Assembly (NCBI GenBank): GCA_035650715.1
Contig: DASRHC010000004.1
Span: forward strand, 85,160 to 149,159
Source of the DNA: Candidatus Methylomirabilota bacterium
GTDB lineage: Bacteria > Methylomirabilota > Methylomirabilia > Rokubacteriales > CSP1-6
Length of the DNA stretch: 64,000 nt
Direction of reading: 5' to 3'
Shown in pieces: positions 57,782 to 64,000 of this stretch. The notes below the pieces were generated by a model. It had not been told where the DNA came from. It did not search any database and saw nothing but the letters and a program-made list of their open reading frames with translations. Within the stretch, counting starts at the first letter, position 1; each line of letters begins with the position of its first letter. The translations under genes and the position numbers were made by a program.

Positions 57782-59283
57782 CGGTGTCGCCACCCGGGCC
57801 GGAGCGCGCGCCGCCACTCGCTGCCGGACGGTGCCTTCGACAGCGGCGCCTGCCGGCCGGCCCGGTCGTAGGCGGCGAGTGCCGCCGCGATCAGCGCGAC
57901 CTGCCGGTGCCGGCCGGCGCCCTCGGGGCGGTCGGCGGCCAGCAGCCGCTCCATGAACGCGGTGGAGAGCCGGCCGGCCACGAAGTCCGGGTGCGCGACG
58001 ATCCGCCGCAGCACCGGGATCGTGGTGCGCACGCCCGCCACCTGGTACTCGCCGAGCGCGCGCTGCATGCGGGCGATGGCCGCGTCGCGGTCCGGCCCCC
58101 ACACGATCAGCTTGGCCATCAGGGTGTCGTAGAAGCGGGGGATCGTGTAGCCCGCGTACACCCCGGTGTCGTCGCGCACCCACGGGCCGCCCGGCGCGCG
58201 CAGGCTCGAGATCCGCCCCGGCGAGGGGATGAACGACGCGGAGGGATCCTCGGCGTTGATCCGGCACTCGATCGCCCAGCCGTGCGCGACCACGTCGTCC
58301 TGGGTGAAGCCCAGCTTGTCGCCCGCCGCGATGCGGATCTGGTCCTTCACGAGATCGCGCCCGGTGGTCAGCTCGGTGACCGGGTGCTCCACCTGCAGCC
58401 GCGTGTTCATCTCGAGGAAGTAGAAGTTCCGGTCGCGGTCCACCAGGAACTCGACGGTGCCCGCGTTGACGTAGCCGACCGCCGCGGACACCCGGCACGC
58501 GGCCTCTCCCATGCGCCGGCGCAGCTCCGGGGTGACGAAGGGCGACGGGCTCTCCTCGACCAGCTTCTGGTGCCGCCGCTGGATCGAGCACTCGCGCTCG
58601 CCCAGGTGCACCACCCCGCCGTGGCCGTCGGCCAGCACCTGGATCTCGATGTGCCGCGGCTCCTCCACGTAGCGCTCGATGTAGACGGCGGCGTCGCCGA
58701 AGGCCGCCCCCGCCTCCCCGCGCGCCGCCCGCAGCGAGCCCGGCAGCTCCGCCGGCGTCCGCACCAGGCGCATGCCCTTGCCGCCGCCGCCCATCGCCGC
58801 CTTGAGCATCACCGGATAGCCCACCGCCGTCGCCACCCGCGCCGCCTCGGCGTCGTCGGCCACGGGCTGCTCGGTTCCCGGGACCACCGGCACCCCCAGC
58901 CCGATCGCGACACGCCGGGCCGCCATCTTGTCGCCCATGGCCCGGATCGCGGCCGGCGGCGGGCCGATGAAGGTGAGCCCGGCCGCCTCGCACGCCTCCG
59001 CGAACGCCGCGTTCTCGGCCAGGAACCCGTAGCCCGGGTGCACCGCCTCCGCGCCGGTGGCGCGCGCGGCCGCAACCAGGCGATCGATGACCAGGTAGCT
59101 CTCGGCGGCAGGCGCGGCGCCGATGGGCACCGCCTCGTCGGCGGCGAGGACGTGGAGGGACTCACGGTCGACATCGGAGAACACCGCGACGGTCGCGATG
59201 CCCAGCTCGCGGCACGCCCGGATGACCCTCACGGCGATCTCGCCGCGATTGGCGATGAGGATTTTTCCGAACGGGGCGCTCAC
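57778..59283 (-). CDS. Biotin carboxylase (acyl-CoA / acetyl-CoA carboxylase alpha, BC domain)
   Basis: Probable GTG start giving MSAPFGKILIANRGEIAVRVIRA. ATP-grasp GGGGKGMR, and EMNTRLQVEHPVTE. Confidence 0.85.
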   Translation of the reverse strand: MSAPFGKILIANRGEIAVRVIRACRELGIATVAVFSDVDRESLHVLAADEAVPIGAAPAAESYLVIDRLVAAARATGAEAVHPGYGFLAENAAFAEACEAAGLTFIGPPPAAIRAMGDKMAARRVAIGLGVPVVPGTEQPVADDAEAARVATAVGYPVMLKAAMGGGGKGMRLVRTPAELPGSLRAARGEAGAAFGDAAVYIERYVEEPRHIEIQVLADGHGGVVHLGERECSIQRRHQKLVEESPSPFVTPELRRRMGEAACRVSAAVGYVNAGTVEFLVDRDRNFYFLEMNTRLQVEHPVTELTTGRDLVKDQIRIAAGDKLGFTQDDVVAHGWAIECRINAEDPSASFIPSPGRISSLRAPGGPWVRDDTGVYAGYTIPRFYDTLMAKLIVWGPDRDAAIARMQRALGEYQVAGVRTTIPVLRRIVAHPDFVAGRLSTAFMERLLAADRPEGAGRHRQVALIAAALAAYDRAGRQAPLSKAPSGSEWRRALRPGWRHR

Positions 59284-59329
59284 GACAGCATGATCATAGC
59301 AGCAGTGGCCCCTCCGGGCCAACGCTCAA

Positions 59330-59437
59330 ACCCGCGCCCCGTCTAGCCAAATCCCCGCTCTCCTCTCTCCCTCCACCCCTGGAGAGGCCCCCTGTCCCTC
59401 TCCCCTCAGGGGAGAGGGCAGGGTGAGGGGCTGTGAC
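59330..59437. repeat. GC-rich REP-like palindromic element with a hairpin CCCTGTCCCTCTCCCC-TCA-GGGGAGAGGGCAGGG
   Basis: Intergenic, between the biotin carboxylase start and the SBP stop. Same family as 55580-55650. Confidence 0.6.
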
Positions 59438-60478
59438 CTACTTCTCCAACCCCTTCACCGCCTCCTCCACGAAGGAGGTGTCCACGACCGCCCGCACCGG
59501 CAGCGGCTTCTTCATGAACCCGTTCGCCACCCACCACGTGATCTGCCGCTCGATGTCGGGCACCAGCAGCCGCCCGTTCCGGTCCTGGAAGGGGAACCCG
59601 AGCTTGATGATCTCGGGGCGCGCTCCCGTGTACTTCGCGGTGATGGCCACCACCTCGTCGTAGGCGGGGCCGTGCGCCCGCTGCCCGTCCTTCTGCACCA
59701 GCGCCGCGTCGTAGTAGTAGCGCGAGGCCTTCACGTAGCCCTTCATGAACGCCACCGCTCGGGCCCGGTCGCGGGCGAGCGCGTCCGAGTAGAACACGGC
59801 CGCGATCTGCCACGGGTAGAGATCGCCCGCCCAGGCCAGGATGTGGCCGAAGCCCTGGGCCTCCGCGGCGCCGGGAAACGGCTGCGGCACCAGGATCGCG
59901 TCCACCTGCTTGCCCTTGAGGGCTTCCATGGTGGCCGGCATGGCCTGGAGCGGCACCATCCGCACGTCGGCGAGCGTGAGCCCTTCCTTCTCCAGGATGT
60001 GGCCGATGTGGTAGTGGAAGGTCGAGCCGAGCTGGGTCACCCCGATCCGCTTGCCCTTGAGATCCTTGATCGACCGGAGCCCACCCTCCCACAGGTCCTT
60101 CTGCACCACGATGGCCACCAGCGGATAGCCCGGCCACTCACGGCCCTTGTCGGCCACGATCCACAGCTTCTCGCCGCCCAGCACGATGTTGTAGAGCGCC
60201 GCGGTGAGGCCGGTGGCGCCCACGTCGAGCTGGCCGGCGGCCAGCGCGGTGGCGATCGGCGCGGCGGCCTGGAAGTAGACCAGCTCCGGCTCCACGCCGA
60301 ACTCCTTGAAGAAGCCCTTCTCCACCCCGACGAAGATCGGCGCGGAGGAGGTGAGCTTCAGCACTCCCACCTTCACGGGCCGGGACTGGGCCTGCGCGCT
60401 CCCGGTCAGCATCACCGCGGCGGTGCAGGCCACGGCCAGCAGGGCGACGACACGACGACGCGTCACGGACATGCGCAC
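59438..60478 (-). CDS. ABC transporter substrate-binding protein (NitT/TauT family, NMT1-like)
   Basis: 346 aa with signal peptide MRMSVTRRRVVALLAVACTAAVMLTGSAQA. Confidence 0.8.
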   Translation of the reverse strand: MRMSVTRRRVVALLAVACTAAVMLTGSAQAQSRPVKVGVLKLTSSAPIFVGVEKGFFKEFGVEPELVYFQAAAPIATALAAGQLDVGATGLTAALYNIVLGGEKLWIVADKGREWPGYPLVAIVVQKDLWEGGLRSIKDLKGKRIGVTQLGSTFHYHIGHILEKEGLTLADVRMVPLQAMPATMEALKGKQVDAILVPQPFPGAAEAQGFGHILAWAGDLYPWQIAAVFYSDALARDRARAVAFMKGYVKASRYYYDAALVQKDGQRAHGPAYDEVVAITAKYTGARPEIIKLGFPFQDRNGRLLVPDIERQITWWVANGFMKKPLPVRAVVDTSFVEEAVKGLEK

Positions 60479-60515
60479 GAGCCTCCTATCGGGTTTCTCG
60501 GTTCCTCAAGTTGCA

Positions 60516-61313
60516 TCAGATATGGCGCCAGCGGACCACCAGCCGCTCCAGCGCGCCGAGCGCCCAGTAGGAGGCGACGCCCAGCAGCGAGAGCACCACG
60601 ATGCCCACCATGAGCCGGGTGGTCTCCATCAGGTTGCCGGACTGCAGGATCAGGAAGCCGATGCCCGCGTCCGCCGCGATCTGCTCCGCGGCCACCAGCA
60701 GGAGCAGTGCGGTCCCCGCCCCCAGCCGGAGGCCGGCGAACACCATGGGCAGGGCCGACGGCACCACCACCTTGCGGATCACGCTCCAGCGTCCCGCGCC
60801 GAAGGAGACCGCGGCGCGGATCAGCAGCGGGTCCGCCTGGCGCACGCCCGCGTAGGTGTTGATCGCCATCGGGAAGAACACCCCGAGGGCCACCACCGCG
60901 ACCTTCGAGGCCTCCCCGATGCCGAGCCAGAGGATCAGCAGCGGCAGCAGCGCGATCTTGGGGATCGGGAACGTGGCCGCGATGATCGGCTGCACCACCG
61001 CCTCCGCCATCGCGAAGAATCCCACCGCCACGCCCACCCCCACCCCGGCCAGCGCCCCGACGCCGAAGCCCCACGCCAGGCGCTGGAGGCTCTTGCCCAG
61101 GTGCACCAGGAGCTGGCCCGAGCGCGCCATGTCGAGTCCCTCCGCCAGCACGCCGGAGGGCGACGGCAGGAACAGCGACGAGACCCACCCGGTGCGCGTC
61201 ACCGCCTCCCACAGCAGCACGAGGGCGACCAGGGCGAGCGCGCGCACCACCCGGTAGTCCGGACGCCGCAGGAACGCGGTGCGATCGACGACGACCAGCC
61301 GCTCGACCGCCAT
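60516..61313 (-). CDS. ABC transporter permease (NitT/TauT family)
   Basis: Starts MAVERLVVVDRTAFL inside ORF 60516..61844. Hydrophobic, with an EAA loop. Confidence 0.8.
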   Translation of the reverse strand: MAVERLVVVDRTAFLRRPDYRVVRALALVALVLLWEAVTRTGWVSSLFLPSPSGVLAEGLDMARSGQLLVHLGKSLQRLAWGFGVGALAGVGVGVAVGFFAMAEAVVQPIIAATFPIPKIALLPLLILWLGIGEASKVAVVALGVFFPMAINTYAGVRQADPLLIRAAVSFGAGRWSVIRKVVVPSALPMVFAGLRLGAGTALLLLVAAEQIAADAGIGFLILQSGNLMETTRLMVGIVVLSLLGVASYWALGALERLVVRWRHI

Positions 61314-62109
61314 CAGCGCTCGGCCTCGCCGTCGCCGTCCAGCAGCGCGGCCTGCGCCTGCGACTTGATCAGCCCCCAGATCCGGTCGGCGGTCTGCACG
61401 AACACCGGCTCGCCCTGCTGCCCCTCGTGCCGCGGGCGCGGCAGCTTGATCGGCACCACGTCCAGCACCTCGCCCGGCCGCCGCGACAGGACGATCACCC
61501 GGTCGGCCATGAACACCGCCTCCTGGATGTTGTGGGTCACGTAGAGGATGGTCTGCCGCGTGCGCGCCCAGATGCCGAGCAGCTCGTCCATCATCAGCGT
61601 CCGGGTCTGCGCGTCCAGGGCCGAGAACGGCTCGTCCAGCAGCAGCACCGCCGGCTCCACCGCCAGCGCCCGCGCGATGCCCACCCGCTGGCGCATGCCG
61701 CCCGAGAGCTGGTGCGGGTACTTCCCCTCGAAGCCGGTGAGGCCCGTCATCTCCAGATACCGGCGGCTGCGCTCCGCCCGCTCCGCCGCGGGCAGGCCCA
61801 GCTCCTCGAGCCCCAGCTCCACGTTGGCCCGCACCGTGCGCCACGGGAACAGCGCGAACTCCTGGAACACGGTGGCGGTGACCGGCGCGCCGCCCGGACG
61901 CGGCTCGCCCTCGAAGTACACGCGACCCGCGCTGGGCGGCAGAAGCCCCGCGATGATGTTGAGCAGCGTCGACTTGCCGCAGCCGGAGGGCCCGAGCAGC
62001 GCCACGAACTCCCGCGGCTCCACCGCGAAGTCGACCTGGCCCAGAGCCACCACGTCGCGGCCGCGGCGATCGTGGAAGGTCTTGGTGACCCGGTCGACGA
62101 CGATGCGCA
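61313..62109 (-). CDS. ABC transporter ATP-binding protein (NitT/TauT family)
   Basis: Starts MRIVVDRVTKTF inside ORF 61313..63283. Has GPSGCGKSTLL and LSGGMRQRVGIARAL. Confidence 0.85.
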
Positions 62110-62118
62110 TGGCGGCGG

Positions 62119-63669
62119 CTACGGCCGACGGAGCGCGTACCGCTGGACCTTGCCGGTCGGCGTCCGCGGCAGCTCCGTGACGAACTCCACCCAGCGAGGG
62201 GACTTGTAGCCGCCCAGGCGCTTGCGCACGCCCTCGCGCAGCTCCGCGGCCAGCGCCTCGGAGCCGGTCACCCCGTCGCGCAGCACGCAGTAGGCGTGCG
62301 GCTTGGTGAGGCCGTCGGCGTCGCCGCGCCCGACGACCACCGCCTCCAGGACCGCGGGATGGTCCCCGAGGACCGCCTCCACCTCGGCGGGCCCCACCCA
62401 CATGCCGCCGACCTTCAGCATGTCGTCGGTGCGGCCGCAGAAGTAGAAGTAGCCGTCGGTGTCCTGGTAGAACATGTCGCCGGTGCGCAGCCACTCGCCC
62501 AGCATGGTGGCCCGGGTGCGCTCGTGCCGGTTCCAGTAGCCGGGCGAGGTGGAGTCGCCCTTGACGAGGAGCTGGCCGATCATCCCCGGCGCCACCGGCC
62601 GACCCTCGTCGTCCACCAGCCGCGCCTCGAAGCCGGGGATCACCTGCCCGCTGGATCCGGCCCGCGAGTGGCCCGGCCGGTTGGCGATGAAGTCGTGGAG
62701 CGCCTCGGTGGAGCCCACCACGTCGAGCAGCTCGTGGCCGAAGCGCTCGTGCCAGGCGTGGTAGATCGCCGACGGCAGCGGCTCCCCCGACGAGACGCAG
62801 CAGCGCAGCGAGGAGAGGTCGAAGCGCTCGGCCGCGTCCTCCACCTGCAGCAGGCGGCGGTAGACGGTGGCCACCGCGAACAGCAGGGTGGGCCGCTCGA
62901 TCTGGATCAGCTCGAAAATCGCCTCCGGGTCCGGCCGCTCCGGCACCAGGATGGACGCCGCGCCCACGAGCGCCGGGAAGTAGAGCGTGTTGCCGAGGCC
63001 GTACGCGAAGTGGAGCTTGGACGCCGAGAGGATCACGTCGTCGGGCCCGATGCCGAACACGCCCCGCCCCACCAGCTCCGCGGCGTATACCAGGTCGTGG
63101 TGCAGGTGCAGCGCCGCCTTCGGGCGCCCGGTGGAGCCCGAGGTGTAGAGCCAGAGCGCCACGTCGTCGCGGCTCGTGTCCGCCGCGGTCAGCTCGGGCG
63201 AGGCGCGCTCCAGCAGCCGCTCGTAGTCGAGCGCCCCGCGGCGCCCGCCGCCCACCGCGATGACCGCCTGCAGCGCGGGACACCGGCCGCGCACCTTCAG
63301 GATCTCGGCCGCCGCCGCGTGCGAGGCGACGACCGCCCGCGCGCGGCTGTCCTGCAGCACGAACGCCAGGTCCTCAGCGGGGAGCGCGTCGCTCACCGGC
63401 ACCGGCACCGCGCCGATCTTCATGGTGCCCCAGAAGGCCTCCGCGAACTCGGGCCGGTCGGGCAGCACCAGCACCACGCGCTGCTCCATCTGCACGTCGC
63501 GCGCGAGCAGCGCGTTGCCGAGCCGGTTGGCCCGCACCGCGACCTCCGCGTAGGTGATCGGCCGGCCCCGGAAGCGGAAGGCGGTCCGGCCGCCGCGGCC
63601 CTCGGCGAGGTGCCGGTCGACGAAGTGGGTGGCGGCGTTGAAGCGCTCCGGCACCTCGATCGCCGCCAT
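62119..63669 (-). CDS. AMP-binding acyl/aryl-CoA ligase (benzoate-CoA ligase-like family)
   Basis: 516 aa: YTSGSTGRPKA, and GKVQRYALR. Confidence 0.85.
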   Translation of the reverse strand: MAAIEVPERFNAATHFVDRHLAEGRGGRTAFRFRGRPITYAEVAVRANRLGNALLARDVQMEQRVVLVLPDRPEFAEAFWGTMKIGAVPVPVSDALPAEDLAFVLQDSRARAVVASHAAAAEILKVRGRCPALQAVIAVGGGRRGALDYERLLERASPELTAADTSRDDVALWLYTSGSTGRPKAALHLHHDLVYAAELVGRGVFGIGPDDVILSASKLHFAYGLGNTLYFPALVGAASILVPERPDPEAIFELIQIERPTLLFAVATVYRRLLQVEDAAERFDLSSLRCCVSSGEPLPSAIYHAWHERFGHELLDVVGSTEALHDFIANRPGHSRAGSSGQVIPGFEARLVDDEGRPVAPGMIGQLLVKGDSTSPGYWNRHERTRATMLGEWLRTGDMFYQDTDGYFYFCGRTDDMLKVGGMWVGPAEVEAVLGDHPAVLEAVVVGRGDADGLTKPHAYCVLRDGVTGSEALAAELREGVRKRLGGYKSPRWVEFVTELPRTPTGKVQRYALRRP

Positions 63670-63762
63670 GCGGCCGATTCTAGCAGGACCGCGCCCGCGC
63701 CCCGCGCTCCCGCTCCCTCCGCATGCGCGGCCCGGCCGGAAGGTCTACCATGAATCGCGACC

Positions 63763-64000
63763 ATGTCCGACCTCATCGCCGCGCGCTCGCAGATGGCCAT
63801 GTCGCTCGGCTTCCACATCATCTTCGCGGTGGTGGGCATCGGCATGCCGCTGCTGATGGTGCTGGCCGAGCGGCGGTGGCAGCGCACCGGCGACCGCATC
63901 TACCTCGAGCTGGCCCACCGCTGGGCCAAGGGCACCGCGATCCTCTTCGCGGTGGGCGCGGTCTCGGGCACCGTGCTCTCCTTCGAGCTGGGCCTGCTCT
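63763..64000 (+). CDS. cydA: Cytochrome bd ubiquinol oxidase subunit I, N-terminal fragment running off the window
   Basis: MSDLIAARSQMAMSLGFHIIFAVVGIGMPLLMVLAERRWQRTGDRIYLELAHRWAKGTAILFAVGAVSGTVLSFELGLL is the canonical CydA N-terminus. Not in the ORF track because there is no stop in the window. Confidence 0.8.
   Translation, partial: MSDLIAARSQMAMSLGFHIIFAVVGIGMPLLMVLAERRWQRTGDRIYLELAHRWAKGTAILFAVGAVSGTVLSFELGLL

Noticed and set aside
57284-58993. 569-aa minus-strand ORF overlapping biotin carboxylase
   Set aside because: Only its last ~166 codons (the BCCP biotinyl domain) are real. The upstream part is an out-of-frame read-through of the BC gene.

Overview
This is a high-GC (~70%) bacterial chromosomal segment, densely coded on both strands, with about 70 genes and no rRNA, tRNA or CRISPR recognised. 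The supplied ORF track uses ATG, GTG and TTG starts and needs an in-window stop. Many long ORFs are therefore antisense or out-of-frame artefacts, and genes running off either window edge are missing from the track (dnaE2 at the 5' edge, cydA at the 3' edge).

Gene content, in order:
- 1-5110: an SOS-type mutagenesis cassette, imuA-imuB-dnaE2, on the minus strand with dnaE2 truncated by the window start.
- 5608-8487: an operon of an ICL/PEP-mutase-family lyase with leuC and leuD.
- 8693-15789: a CoA-centred group (alpha/beta hydrolase, CaiB-type CoA-transferase, HpcH aldolase, NUDIX CoA-pyrophosphatase-like, SDR, gamma-carbonic-anhydrase-like protein, enoyl-CoA hydratase, HAD hydrolase).
- 16414-29568: a long minus-strand catabolic supercluster. 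It contains a LivKHMGF-type ABC transporter, the three subunits of a CoxLMS-type molybdenum hydroxylase, a PotABCD-type ABC transporter and a two-subunit sulfopyruvate/phosphonopyruvate-decarboxylase-like TPP enzyme. A divergent GntR-family regulator at 29742-30437 has a self-overlapping operator/promoter.
- 31115-36797: a plus-strand operon of a 2OG-Fe(II) oxygenase, a CysK-like PLP enzyme, CoA-transferase subunits A and B, an LLM-family oxidoreductase and PxpA/LamB.
- 37618-44050: a minus-strand cluster of a GT4 glycosyltransferase, an ALS-like TPP enzyme, an FNR-like reductase, an LLM oxidoreductase and a bifunctional aldolase/SDR.
- 44077-64000: FGE-family protein, acyl-CoA synthetases and dehydrogenases, M48 peptidase with DUF898, DinB_2, an amino-acid ABC transporter, biotin carboxylase plus BCCP, a NitT/TauT-type ABC transporter with an aryl-CoA ligase, and the start of cydA.

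Most notable non-coding structure:
- A family of perfect 25-bp terminal inverted repeats (GGGGTCAGGTCTTACATTCCGACAT) flanking 13-37 nt variable loops has four copies, each sitting directly at a gene 3' end. One copy supplies the last ~19 codons and the stop of the gamma-CA-like gene.
- A second hairpin-containing ~65-bp repeat family has three copies.
- A GC-rich REP-like palindrome family (CCCTGCCCTCTCCCC...GGGGAGAGGGCAGGG) has two clean intergenic copies.
- A G-tract-rich ~42-bp imperfect inverted repeat lies between the two acyl-CoA dehydrogenase genes.
- A 460-nt gene-poor region at 36798-37260 carries a repeated CCTGCAGGGT...CCGAAAAC motif.

Overlapping stop/start junctions (ATGA or GTGA) are used at more than a dozen gene boundaries.

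Coordinates I read directly from the sequence rather than from the ORF track may be off by 1-2 nt.
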